Assembly: GCA_018715365.1 (NCBI GenBank)
Contig: DVLU01000040.1
Span: 17,028-81,027, forward strand
Length of the DNA: 64,000 bases
Direction: 5' to 3'
From: Candidatus Ornithomonoglobus intestinigallinarum
GTDB lineage: Bacteria; Bacillota; Clostridia; UBA1381
Shown here one piece after another: positions 36,503-45,437 of this stretch. The number at the start of each line of letters is the position of its first letter. Position 1 is the first letter of the stretch. The notes beneath the pieces were generated by a model. The model was not told the origin of the DNA and did no database searches. It was given only the letters and a program-made list of their open reading frames with translations. The translations under genes were made by a program, and so were the position numbers.

Positions 36503-38212
36503 ATGTCTGATTTAAAAAAGAACAACTCACATTCGTTTATGGGCAACGTTGCAATCGTGCTGATAGCCCAGCTCATGGTAAAAATACTCGGATTTGTATA
36601 CAGAATAGTAATAACAAACGTTGAGGGCTTCGGAGATCTCGGCAACGCATATTACACGGCGGGGTTTCAGATATACACCGTTTTGCTTGCAATATCGTCT
36701 GTCGGCATACCGAACGCAATGGCAAAAATGGTTTCGGAGCGCATAGCGCTGAAAGACTACCGCGGCGCGCACAGGATATTCAAAACGGCGTTCTTGCTGT
36801 TTGCCGGCATAGGCATTGTCTGCTCGGGGCTGCTGTATTTATGCGCCGGTTTTTACACAAACAGCGTAATCTCGATGCCCGGAGCAATATATTCGATAAA
36901 AGCGCTTTCGCCGTCTATTTTCTTTGTGTGCATATCGTCGGTTGTGCGCGGCTACTTCCAGGGCATGAACGACATGAACGCAACAAGCCGTTCGCAGATG
37001 CTCGAGCAGGTATTCAAATGCGCGCTGACAGTAATACTCGTAATGCTTGTCGCCGGGCAGAAGCCAGAGGTTATGGCGGCGTGGGCAAACGGAGCGTCGT
37101 CCATAGCAACGCTTTTATCGTTTGCGTATCTTGCGGCATTTTATATGCGCCGTCAAAAGGGCATAAAAGAGGAAATAAGAAAAACGGCTGTGGAGTCGCT
37201 CTCCTACGGCACGGGAAAGCTTATGAAATCGATACTCATGCTTTCCATTCCCATTTCGCTTGCGTCGATAATAACGTCGCTTAACAGAGTTATAGATACG
37301 GCAACAATAATACGCGGCATAGAGGCGGCGTTTGCAAACGGGATACCGGCGCACTTCGACGCGTCGGGAACATGGGTCGATACGATATTGTCGCCGACGG
37401 CCGAGCAGCTCAGCCTTGAAGCGGAGCGCCTTATGGGCATGCTGTCAAAGAGCGATACGCTGATAAATATGCCGCTGTCGCTGAATTTTGCGTTTGCTAC
37501 GGTGCTCGTTCCCACGATCGCCGGCGCGCTGATAGTCGGCAACAAAAAAGAAGCGTCAAGCAAAGCGGCATATTCGTTTTTAATATCGATAATCCTTATA
37601 CTGCCGTGTGCGATAGGCTATATCGTACTTGCAAAGCCGATTTACAATGTTGTATACTTTAACGCCTCGCAGGGCGCCGATCTGCTTGCGTGGACGGCCG
37701 TGTCGCTTGTTTTCAGCGCGCTGAGCCAGACAATGTCCGGAACGCTTCAGGGAATAGGCAAAATATACGTTCCCGCGATAGGCCTGCTTGTCGGCTGTGC
37801 CGTGAAGCTTGTGCTTAACCTTACGCTTATACGCATACCGGGTATAAATATCTACGGCGCGGTCATAAGCACGATAGCATGTCAGATAGTTGCGTTCCTT
37901 ATAAGCTTTACGGTAATGATAAAATATATATCGTTTAAAATAACGGTTGTGAAATATATAATCAAGCCGCTTATTGCCGGAGGCGTTATGGGCGCCGCGG
38001 CAGTCGGCGTGCACAGGCTTGTGACGCTTGCCGCGGGCACGGGCTTTATGGGAAACCTCGCGGCGACGCTTGTCGCGATTGCCGCCGCGGCCGTTGTATA
38101 TCTTGCGCTTGTTGCCGCGCTCAGGATCTTGAACCGCGATGAGATAGAAATGCTTCCCGGCGGTGCGGGCATATACAGGCTGCTTTGCAAAATAGGCCTG
38201 TACAAGGCTTGA
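36503..38212 (+). CDS. MOP-superfamily polysaccharide biosynthesis/flippase protein (SpoVB/MurJ-like)
   Basis: About 14 TM segments. The N-terminus FMGNVAIVLIAQLMVKILGFVYRIVITNVEGFGDLGNAYYTAGFQIY is typical of SpoVB-type flippases. Confidence 0.75.
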   Translation: MSDLKKNNSHSFMGNVAIVLIAQLMVKILGFVYRIVITNVEGFGDLGNAYYTAGFQIYTVLLAISSVGIPNAMAKMVSERIALKDYRGAHRIFKTAFLLFAGIGIVCSGLLYLCAGFYTNSVISMPGAIYSIKALSPSIFFVCISSVVRGYFQGMNDMNATSRSQMLEQVFKCALTVILVMLVAGQKPEVMAAWANGASSIATLLSFAYLAAFYMRRQKGIKEEIRKTAVESLSYGTGKLMKSILMLSIPISLASIITSLNRVIDTATIIRGIEAAFANGIPAHFDASGTWVDTILSPTAEQLSLEAERLMGMLSKSDTLINMPLSLNFAFATVLVPTIAGALIVGNKKEASSKAAYSFLISIILILPCAIGYIVLAKPIYNVVYFNASQGADLLAWTAVSLVFSALSQTMSGTLQGIGKIYVPAIGLLVGCAVKLVLNLTLIRIPGINIYGAVISTIACQIVAFLISFTVMIKYISFKITVVKYIIKPLIAGGVMGAAAVGVHRLVTLAAGTGFMGNLAATLVAIAAAAVVYLALVAALRILNRDEIEMLPGGAGIYRLLCKIGLYKA

Positions 38213-38318
38213 TAATGCTTAAAACGTATGGAAGTGTATTCTTTATAAGTATTTGCCGTTCGTTTGCGTTTGTGGTATAATACAGCGTAGAGATAAGAAT
38301 AAAAGGGAGATGAGTGCA

Positions 38319-39179
38319 ATGCTTTATAAGAATAAAAGCTATGATGAAGAACGCGCTCTTTACGGCGTTAAGGACGCGGATATAGAAAACTGCAAATTCG
38401 AAGGCCCGGCCGACGGCGAATCGGCATTAAAGGAAACGCGCGGCTTGAATATAAGAAACTGCGATTTCCTGCTCAGGTATCCGCTGTGGCATACAGCCGA
38501 TACCGTTATGGAAAACTGCACTATGACGGAAACGTGCCGCGCGGCGCTTTGGTATGACAGAAATACGGTTATAAGGGCTTCAAGCCTCGGCGGCATAAAA
38601 GCTGTCCGCGAATGCGACGGCACAAAAATAGAGGGCTGCAAAATAAACTCAACCGAATTCGGCTGGTTTTGCCGCGGCCTTGATATAAAAAACAGCGAGC
38701 TTGTTTCGGAATATCCGTTTTTGCATACGAGCGGTTTACATATAGACGGACTGAAAATGCAGGGCAAGTATTCGTTCCAGTATGTTGAGAATGCCGAAAT
38801 AAGAAATTCGGAGCTGAACACAAAGGACGCATTTTGGCACAGCAGGAATATAACGGTGTACGACAGCGTTGTCCGCGGCGAATATCTCGGCTGGTATTCG
38901 GAAAATTTAAAGCTTGTGCGCTGCCGTATAACAGGCACGCAGCCGCTTTGCTACGCAAAAGGCCTTGTGCTTGAGGACTGCACAATGACAGACTGCGACC
39001 TGTCGTTTGAGAACAGCGACGTTACGGCAAGGATAAAGGGAGCGGTGACGAGCGTTAAAAATCCCATGAGCGGCAGGATATGCGCCGATGAAATAGGCGA
39101 AATTATTATGGATGAATATGCAAAAGGAAGTACATGCAGGATATTCGCAAAATCGGATCGCCTAAAGCAATGCGGCTGA
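38319..39179 (+). CDS. DUF3737-like beta-helix repeat protein
   Basis: MLYKNKSYDEERALYGVKDADIENCKFEG followed by reiterated NC/NS(E/T)L turns, recalled as the DUF3737 pattern. Start at the ATG at 38319, 8 nt after GGGAG. Confidence 0.55.
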   Translation: MLYKNKSYDEERALYGVKDADIENCKFEGPADGESALKETRGLNIRNCDFLLRYPLWHTADTVMENCTMTETCRAALWYDRNTVIRASSLGGIKAVRECDGTKIEGCKINSTEFGWFCRGLDIKNSELVSEYPFLHTSGLHIDGLKMQGKYSFQYVENAEIRNSELNTKDAFWHSRNITVYDSVVRGEYLGWYSENLKLVRCRITGTQPLCYAKGLVLEDCTMTDCDLSFENSDVTARIKGAVTSVKNPMSGRICADEIGEIIMDEYAKGSTCRIFAKSDRLKQCG

Positions 39180-39220
39180 TTATGCGATGCGCGGAGGTGT
39201 ACGACGATTTTATACTTTGC

Positions 39221-39247
39221 GGGGGCTTAACGCCCCCATTTTTTTAT
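39221..39247 (+). terminator. Intrinsic terminator
   Basis: gggggc-ttaac-gccccc followed by attttttt. Confidence 0.7.
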
Positions 39248-39399
39248 ATTCCGATGATTTGTGCCCCAATGGCCGATTTTATTTTTCAGGCATTTACGAA
39301 TCAATAAAAACGTGGTATAATAAAAACACTTATTATTTTGCTGAAAAAATTATATTAAATATACGCACATATTTTGAGGAGAAAGGAATGACATAATAT

Positions 39400-39971
39400 A
39401 TGGACATGGTGAATATTGCCATATGTGATGATAATATAGAACACATCAGCGCCCTTGAAAAATACTTGTTTGAAATAAGCAATATTAAAATCGAATGCGA
39501 TGCATATTTAAGCGGAGAAAGCCTTGTCGATGCTTATAAAAACAACATTGAAAGATATGATGTTGTTTTTCTTGATATGGAAATGAGAGAATTGAACGGA
39601 ATAGAAACCGCTAATTTGATACGGGAATTTGATGAGCATATAATTATAGTTTTTGTTACAAGTCATTCAGAGTATATGAAAGAGAGCTTTCAATGCCAGC
39701 CGTTTCGCTTTATTGAAAAACCGCTTGATTATGATGAACTGAAAAAGGTTTTTTACGACATTAAAGATAAACTATCGAAAAAAGAAAGGTTTTATCGTTT
39801 ACGGAAAACAAAACGAAGGTCAGATTGTTTTGCGATGATATATTATATTGTGAGAGCCAAGCGCATTGGGTGTGGATAAACACCAAAGATAAATCTTATA
39901 AAATTTGTAAAACATTTTACGGATATTTCCGCCGATTTTTGGGGGCTGCCGTTTATAAGTGCCGTATATAA
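39400..39971 (+). pseudogene. LytR/AlgR-type response regulator, frameshifted and 3-prime truncated
   Basis: The receiver domain is intact (CDDN...VVFLDMEMRELNGIE...IIVFVTSH). The LytTR domain (ENKTKVRLFCDDILYCESQAHWVWINTKDKSYKICKTF) continues only in the -1 frame, opening at 39771, and breaks off after KTF near 39917. Confidence 0.75.
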
Positions 39972-40341
39972 CAGAGGAATCGTAAACGGATATGAGGATA
40001 TGACATTCAGACCGAATGATCATATAATATACAACGATGCGTTTAAAATGATTGTAGAAGCTATAAACTACTCTTTTTTTGCCGAAACGAACGGCGGGTA
40101 TCCGGCAGGCTATCAAACGGTTGCCAAGGATTTGGAATTGGTGGCGAGGGATTTTGTCAATTATACCCATAAAGTCAACAGATACGAGGCAGGCGTGCTT
40201 ATATATAATGTGCTGGATATTCCGATAGCAAGAAAGGCAGACAACGAGGACGGTTTTGTGCTAATGGATGGAGTATACGATACGACCTCCCCGAGAATGA
40301 CGTTAAGAATGCTGCACGATAAATCTCAAACACAGGAATAA
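39916..40341 (+). pseudogene. 5-prime-truncated fragment of an SLH-domain protein, paralogous to the N-terminal part of 10646..13696
   Basis: Reading FTDISADFWGLPFISAVYNRGIVNGYEDMTFRPNDHIIYNDAFKMIVEAI gives one SLH repeat. Then ETNGGYPAGYQTVAKDLELV parallels EINGGWPSGYASVANTRMEL of the S-layer gene. There is no signal peptide and no credible start. Confidence 0.7.
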
Positions 40342-40347
40342 ATCTTT

Positions 40348-40372
40348 GTCCCCGTAAAGGCGGGGACTTTTT
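40348..40372 (+). terminator. Intrinsic terminator retained by the SLH fragment
   Basis: gtccccg-taaagg-cggggac-ttttt. Confidence 0.8.
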
Positions 40373-40516
40373 CATTGAGCCTGAAACCAGGCTTGGTTCT
40401 TTTAGCAAAAATTGCATCAAGGCTATTGCAAATCGCAATAAACTATGTTATAATTATCCCCGTTGGAAAAACAGGCTTAAATTTATGCCGCGGCGGCGGC
40501 GGAGGGGAGCGCGGAA

Positions 40517-40969
40517 ATGAACAGACAGGATAAGGCCGAGGAACTTTTTAAAAGCGGCTATAACTGCGCGCAGTCAACAATAGGCGCGTACTGTGATTTG
40601 TTCGGTCTTGATTTTGAAACGGCTATGAAAATAACGGAGGGTCTCGGCGGCGGCATGGGGCGGCTTCGCCTTACGTGCGGCGCCGTTACAAGCATGTTTA
40701 TACTTGCCGGCATGAAAAAAAGCAAGGCACAAGCTGCGGACCTTGAAACGCGCGCCGAGGTGTACGGCATGGTTCAGGCTATGGCGAAGGATTTTAAAGA
40801 GCTTTACGGCACCGTTATGTGCGGCGAACTTCTCGGAGATATGCTGCCGTCGGACGGCGGCTCTGTCCCGACAAAACGCGACGACGAATTTTATTCAAAG
40901 CGTCCCTGCGTTAAGTGTATACGCGGCTGCGGCGCGATAATCGAAAAGTATTTGTGCCGCAAGGCGTGA
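40517..40969 (+). CDS. C_GCAxxG_C_C family protein
   Basis: FKSGYNCAQSTIGAYCDLFG ... LTCGAVTSMFILAG ... CGELL ... CVKCIRGC, matching the spacing of the Cys pattern of that family. Confidence 0.75.
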   Translation: MNRQDKAEELFKSGYNCAQSTIGAYCDLFGLDFETAMKITEGLGGGMGRLRLTCGAVTSMFILAGMKKSKAQAADLETRAEVYGMVQAMAKDFKELYGTVMCGELLGDMLPSDGGSVPTKRDDEFYSKRPCVKCIRGCGAIIEKYLCRKA

Positions 40970-41028
40970 GCCGTAGTCCGGCGGAATGCCTGATTATTAA
41001 AAACGACTTAAGGAGATATGTAATTATA

Positions 41029-41877
41029 ATGAAATCAGAAAACAAATACGGACTTTTTCTTATAAGGATACTCGAGGGCATATTGGTCGGCGTCGGAGCC
41101 GTGCTGCCCGGGATCTCGGGCGGCGTGCTCTGCGTAATATTCGGCATATATAAGCCGGTCATGCAGTTTTTGGCGCATCCGTTCAAGACGTTCAAAAAGA
41201 ATATGCTGCTTCTTGCACCCGTTGCGATAGGCGTTATAATAGGATTTTTGGGAATATCGAAAATACTTGCGTTTTTCCTCGAAACATATCCCAATCAGTC
41301 GGTATGCCTGTTTGTGGGGCTTATCGGCGGAATGATGCCGTCGCTGTTCCGCGAAGCGGGTGAGCAGGGAAGGACGAAGGGCTCTTTTATATCGCTTTTT
41401 GCCGCAATGGCAATAATTTTTGCACTGCTTATAACGCTCGGCGCCGCGCATATAGAGGTTGTGCCGAACGTCGGCTGGTATCTTTTCTGCGGCTTCTGCC
41501 TTGCGATGAGCCTTATAGCCCCCGGAATGAGCTTTTCCACGCTCCTTATGCCGCTCGGGCTTTACACTCCGTTTATCGCGGGCATAGGCTCGATAGATAT
41601 GAGCGTGCTCGTACCTGCCGGCATAGCCGCCCTTGCAACGATAATACTGCTTTCAAAAGGCGTAAACTATCTCTTTGAAAACCATTATTCGATAGCGTTC
41701 CACGCCATATGCGGAATAGTAATTGCCGCAACGGTTATGATAATCCCGTTCGGCAGCTTCACCGAAAGCGTTTCGGGCGCGGCGGTAAACCTCGGCCTTA
41801 TAATCGCCGGGATAATACTTGCGCTGCTGCTCGATAAGTTTAATCAAAAGATAGATGTGAAGAATGCCGAAGCGTGA
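41029..41877 (+). CDS. DUF368 family membrane protein (candidate undecaprenyl-phosphate translocase, PopT-like)
   Basis: VLPGISGGVLCVIFGIY near the N-terminus and a second PG(M/I)S repeat (IAPGMSFSTLLMPLG). About 8 TM segments. Start at the ATG at 41029. Confidence 0.75.
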   Translation: MKSENKYGLFLIRILEGILVGVGAVLPGISGGVLCVIFGIYKPVMQFLAHPFKTFKKNMLLLAPVAIGVIIGFLGISKILAFFLETYPNQSVCLFVGLIGGMMPSLFREAGEQGRTKGSFISLFAAMAIIFALLITLGAAHIEVVPNVGWYLFCGFCLAMSLIAPGMSFSTLLMPLGLYTPFIAGIGSIDMSVLVPAGIAALATIILLSKGVNYLFENHYSIAFHAICGIVIAATVMIIPFGSFTESVSGAAVNLGLIIAGIILALLLDKFNQKIDVKNAEA

Positions 41878-41946
41878 GCTTGAAAAAAGATAGGCGGCGC
41901 ATCTCTTTTCTCAAACACCTTTGTGAGTTAACGGTCATAAGAACGC

Positions 41947-41987
41947 AAAAAGCTGACGCCCCCCCCAGATGCGGCAGCTTTTTTTGT
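41947..41987 (+). terminator. Probable terminator
   Basis: aaaaagctg-N20-cagcttttttt. The stem is weak but the T-run is long. Confidence 0.45.
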
Positions 41988-41994
41988 ACGAAGC

Positions 41995-42023
41995 TTGCAA
42001 ACATCGGCACGTCATGATATAAT
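41995..42023 (+). promoter_or_regulatory. Sigma-A promoter P1 upstream of aroC
   Basis: TTGCAA (41995..42000), 17-nt spacer ending in TGA, TATAAT (42018..42023). Confidence 0.55.
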
Positions 42024-42107
42024 AACGGTAAAGGCGGTGTATAAAAAAGTCTGACGCCGCGCTTTTTGCGGATTTTGCCGTATGGGCGCATATTTATTAT
42101 TTGGGTC

Positions 42108-42136
42108 TTGAAAAATTGCGCCGAAAGTGATAGAAT
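42108..42136 (+). promoter_or_regulatory. Sigma-A promoter P2 upstream of aroC
   Basis: TTGAAA (42108..42113), 17-nt spacer ending in TGA, TAGAAT (42131..42136). Confidence 0.55.
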
Positions 42137-42188
42137 ATAAATATCTGTATTTTATTTATGTATTAAAACGAAAGGACAATAATAAAAT

Positions 42189-43334
42189 ATGCTCAGATAT
42201 TTGACTGCCGGCGAAACGCACGGCAAATGCCTGACGGCAATAATAGAAGGGATGCCGTCGGGAGTTAATATAGATATTGAAAAAATAAACGAGGCGCTGG
42301 CGGCGCGTCAGCGCGGCCACGGCCGCGGCGGGCGTATGCTTATAGAACGCGATACCGCCGAAATACTTTCGGGAGTAAGAGGCGGCGTTACGCTCGGCGG
42401 GCCGATAGCGCTGAGAATAGAAAATAAGGACTGGAAAAACTGGTCGGAAATAATGGGTACGGAGGAATCGAACGGCAAGCGCGCCGTTGAGTGCCCGCGT
42501 CCCGGTCATGCCGATTTGGCGGGCGGAATGAAATATAACCATAGGGATTTCAGAAACGTGCTTGAGCGCGCGAGCGCCCGGGAAACGGCGGCAAGGGTTG
42601 CGGTCGGAGCGGTTGTAAAGCAGCTGCTTGAAAGCTTCGGGATAACGTTCGGACGGCGTGTTGTGAATATCGGCGAGATATACGACGGCGGCGGCGAGCC
42701 GGACGCGGAATTTTACGAGCGCGTAAAAGCGTCGCCAGTGGGTTTCGGCAGCGCCGAACGTGAAAAGGAAGCGATGGAATATATAGACAAAATAAAGGCG
42801 GCGGGCGAAAGCATAGGCGGCGTTGTTGAAATACGCGCGTTTAACGTTCCGGCGGGGCTTGGCAGCTATGTCCATTACGACAGGAAACTTGACGCAAACA
42901 TTGCCTTCGGAGTCATGAGCGTGCAGGCAATAAAAGGCGTCGAGATCGGCATGGGCTTTAACGTATCGTCAAACTGCGGCTCAAAGGTGCACGACTGCAT
43001 AGTTTACGACGGCGCGTATCACAGAGCAACAAACAACGCCGGCGGCATAGAGGGCGGAATGTCAAACGGCGAGCCGATAATTGTCCGCGCCGCGATGAAG
43101 CCGATACCGACGCTTTATAATCCGCTCGATACGGTAAATATTTCGGACAAGTCGCCCGTCAAGGCGTCGGTGGAACGAAGCGACGCGTGCGCCGTGCCGG
43201 CGTGCTCCGTTGTTGTCGAAGCGGCAGTTGCGTTTGAAATCGCCAAAGCGTTTCTCGATAAATTCGGCGGCGACTGCATGGCTGATATAAAAGCATCATA
43301 TGAAGCATATAACGAAAGAATAAAAAAATTCTGA
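42189..43334 (+). CDS. aroC: Chorismate synthase
   Basis: MLRYLTAGETHGKCLTAIIEGMPSGV ... RQRGHGRGGRM ... PGHADLAGGMKY. Confidence 0.95.
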   Translation: MLRYLTAGETHGKCLTAIIEGMPSGVNIDIEKINEALAARQRGHGRGGRMLIERDTAEILSGVRGGVTLGGPIALRIENKDWKNWSEIMGTEESNGKRAVECPRPGHADLAGGMKYNHRDFRNVLERASARETAARVAVGAVVKQLLESFGITFGRRVVNIGEIYDGGGEPDAEFYERVKASPVGFGSAEREKEAMEYIDKIKAAGESIGGVVEIRAFNVPAGLGSYVHYDRKLDANIAFGVMSVQAIKGVEIGMGFNVSSNCGSKVHDCIVYDGAYHRATNNAGGIEGGMSNGEPIIVRAAMKPIPTLYNPLDTVNISDKSPVKASVERSDACAVPACSVVVEAAVAFEIAKAFLDKFGGDCMADIKASYEAYNERIKKF

Positions 43335-43372
43335 CAATTACTCAAACTGTACAGTAAAAGGGCGGTGAAAGC

Positions 43373-43942
43373 TTGTTAGAGGATAAAAAGTTGATAAAGC
43401 AGTGCAAGAAGGGCAGCCGCAGCGCCTTTAACGAGCTTGTGCTGCAATATCAGGACCAAGTGGTGAATTTTGCATACAGCATGCTCTCCGACCGCGAGGA
43501 CGCATATGACGCGGCCCAGGAGGTATTTATAAAGGTATATAAAAATATAGGCTCGTTTGAGGAAAAGTCATCGTTTAACACGTGGCTCTATAAAATATGC
43601 TCAAACGTCTGCAAGGATATTTTAAGGAAACGCCGCGTGCGCTCGAACGTTATAAGCATAGATACGGGCGATTACGACGACGAAGCTCTCGATATAGAGG
43701 ACGACCGCTACACGCCCGAGGGAGCGCTTGAGCAGTCCGAAGCGCAAAAGCGCGTAAGGGCGGCAATGAGCGTTATAAAGGACGAGTACCGGGAAATAAT
43801 AACGTACTGCGATATACAGCAAAAAAGCTACGAGGAGACGGCGGCGATACTTCAATGCCCCGTCGGCACGGTAAAGTCAAGGCTGAACCGCGCAAGAATG
43901 GCGCTTAAGCGCCGCCTTGAGGAGCAGGGCGAAAATATTTAA
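43373..43942 (+). CDS. ECF-type RNA polymerase sigma factor
   Basis: Region 2 (AQEVFIKVYKNIGSFEEKSSFNTWLYKICSNVCKDILRKR) and region 4 (SYEETAAILQCPVGTVKSRLNRAR). TTG start. Confidence 0.85.
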   Translation: MLEDKKLIKQCKKGSRSAFNELVLQYQDQVVNFAYSMLSDREDAYDAAQEVFIKVYKNIGSFEEKSSFNTWLYKICSNVCKDILRKRRVRSNVISIDTGDYDDEALDIEDDRYTPEGALEQSEAQKRVRAAMSVIKDEYREIITYCDIQQKSYEETAAILQCPVGTVKSRLNRARMALKRRLEEQGENI

Positions 43943-43960
43943 ATTATTTTTTCGAAAAGT

Positions 43961-43989
43961 GGAACAAAACAGCCTCGTAAAGCGTCTAA
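43961..43989 (+). promoter_or_regulatory. Candidate ECF-type promoter between the sigma and anti-sigma genes
   Basis: GGAAC (43961..43965), 17-nt spacer, CGTCTAA (43983..43989). This shows the AAC / CGT hallmark of Firmicutes ECF promoters. Confidence 0.4.
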
Positions 43990-44132
43990 TATCATGTAAC
44001 AGCCAAAATGCCGCGTACATATATGTTTTGTACCGATAAATAAAACGGCACAATATGTTGCGGTACGAGGGCAAAAGAAAAAACAGCGAAAAAACAGACG
44101 CAAAACATATAATTCGGAAAGGGGGGAAGCTC

Positions 44133-45200
44133 ATGGACTGCGAGAATTTTCACAAAAAGCTTGCAATGTTTGAAAATTTATCGGACGAGGAAAAAGCGGA
44201 GCTTAAGGCGCATGCCGGCAGCTGCGCGGAATGTTCAAAGGAATACGAAGCATACAATAATATGCTCGAAACGGTCAGGAGCCTTCCCAAGCTCAGCGCT
44301 CCCGATGATTTTCTTGCAAAGCTGAACGAGCGTATAGATGCGGAAAAGCCGGCGCGCGTAAAGCCGCCCGGAGTGTGGACGCATTTACGGCAGCACAGCT
44401 ACCGCTACGGCGCGGTTGCGGCGTGCCTGATGCTTGTGGCCGTCATAGGCATAAACAGCGGCGATCTTATAGGCAGGATGAACGGTACGGATTCGGAGCT
44501 GCCGGTGCTTCCGCCCGCTGTCGGCACGGAGAAGCTGACGGACGGGGAAGAAGCGTCGCCCAAGCCTACCGAGGAGGCAAAAAGCACTCAGCAGCCTGCG
44601 GCCTCAGCAGCGCCGAAGGTTTCGGCAACGCATAAGCCGCTTGCAACGGCAATACCGACGTCAAAGCCGAAAGCGACGTCAAGGCCGTCGTCGCCGACGT
44701 TAAGCCCCAAGGCTTCCGTCAGCACGCCGGTATACGAGCCGCAAAACGACACGGCACAGGACGATACTCGGGTATTTTCGGAAAATAACACAACGGCAGC
44801 GCCGAAGGATACGGAGCCGGCTGCTGAAACGCCGGATAACAGCGGCATAGCTGTTGCGGAAGCGCCCGAAAACACAGGCAATTCCGTGCCGGATGATCCG
44901 TCGGAATATTCGCTGCCGGATGACGAGCCGACCGTAATGTCGGTAAATCCCGCAGCTCCGGGTGATTACACAAGAGGAACAGAGGTATCGAATTCGATAC
45001 AGGTATCGGCAGCAAACGAAGCGCGCGCAAGAGAAATAATAAGCAGCTATTCCATAGCGAGCGACGGCGACTGCTACAGTGTAAGCTCCGACAGAATGGA
45101 AGAATTTCTTGAAGCGATGAGCAATGCGGAAATAGATTATTCGCAGAACTGCATAGACGACGGTTCGGGAACGGTAACATTCAGGCTGATAATATCATAA
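44133..45200 (+). CDS. Anti-sigma factor (zf-HC2 type), single TM, long Pro/Ser/Thr-rich extracytoplasmic region
   Basis: MDCENFHKKL...HAGSCAECSKEY (H-x3-C-x2-C). TM segment YGAVAACLMLVAVIGI. Start at the ATG at 44133 after GGGGGGAAG. Confidence 0.75.
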   Translation: MDCENFHKKLAMFENLSDEEKAELKAHAGSCAECSKEYEAYNNMLETVRSLPKLSAPDDFLAKLNERIDAEKPARVKPPGVWTHLRQHSYRYGAVAACLMLVAVIGINSGDLIGRMNGTDSELPVLPPAVGTEKLTDGEEASPKPTEEAKSTQQPAASAAPKVSATHKPLATAIPTSKPKATSRPSSPTLSPKASVSTPVYEPQNDTAQDDTRVFSENNTTAAPKDTEPAAETPDNSGIAVAEAPENTGNSVPDDPSEYSLPDDEPTVMSVNPAAPGDYTRGTEVSNSIQVSAANEARAREIISSYSIASDGDCYSVSSDRMEEFLEAMSNAEIDYSQNCIDDGSGTVTFRLIIS

Positions 45201-45357
45201 TTATATGTGAGGGAGCCGCGCTCCCGTATATGGCTGTGTAACAGGATAAAGGAAAAATATTTAGGATAAAAGGGTAGATTTTAAAGAAGCCGGCGCATTT
45301 TGAGCCGACTTCTTTGTTTGCATTTGTGAACAAAATAAAAATTCCGGCAAAAATAAC

Positions 45358-45386
45358 TTGAAATATCGGGCGAACGTATATATAAT
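45358..45386 (+). promoter_or_regulatory. Sigma-A promoter of lon
   Basis: TTGAAA (45358..45363), 17-nt spacer, TATAAT (45381..45386). Confidence 0.6.
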
Positions 45387-45437
45387 ATAGTATTGACAAT
45401 CGGAAGAACGTGAATTGGTTGAAAGGACATGGTATAG

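Noticed and set aside
39187-39396. 69-aa plus-strand ORF between the DUF3737 gene and the response regulator.
   Set aside because: It runs through the terminator hairpin (39221..39247) and the AT-rich promoter region. It has no RBS and low-complexity content.
39771-39789. Programmed -1 ribosomal frameshift at the A6 run that would join the receiver and LytTR domains.
   Set aside because: The zero-frame codons are tcg aaa aaa gaa, so the canonical A-AAA-AAG heptamer is out of register. No downstream stimulatory structure is evident. The LytTR domain is also truncated at about 39917, so a decayed gene is the simpler reading.
40000-40341. Track ORF of 113 aa as a stand-alone gene.
   Set aside because: Its Met lies in the middle of an SLH repeat that continues upstream in the same frame to 39880. 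The GAGGA is only 1 nt from the ATG, and there is no signal peptide. I treat it as part of a gene fragment.
42156-42875. 239-aa minus-strand ORF opposite aroC.
   Set aside because: It is antisense to an unambiguous chorismate synthase. Its composition is Arg/Phe/Tyr-rich junk with no RBS.
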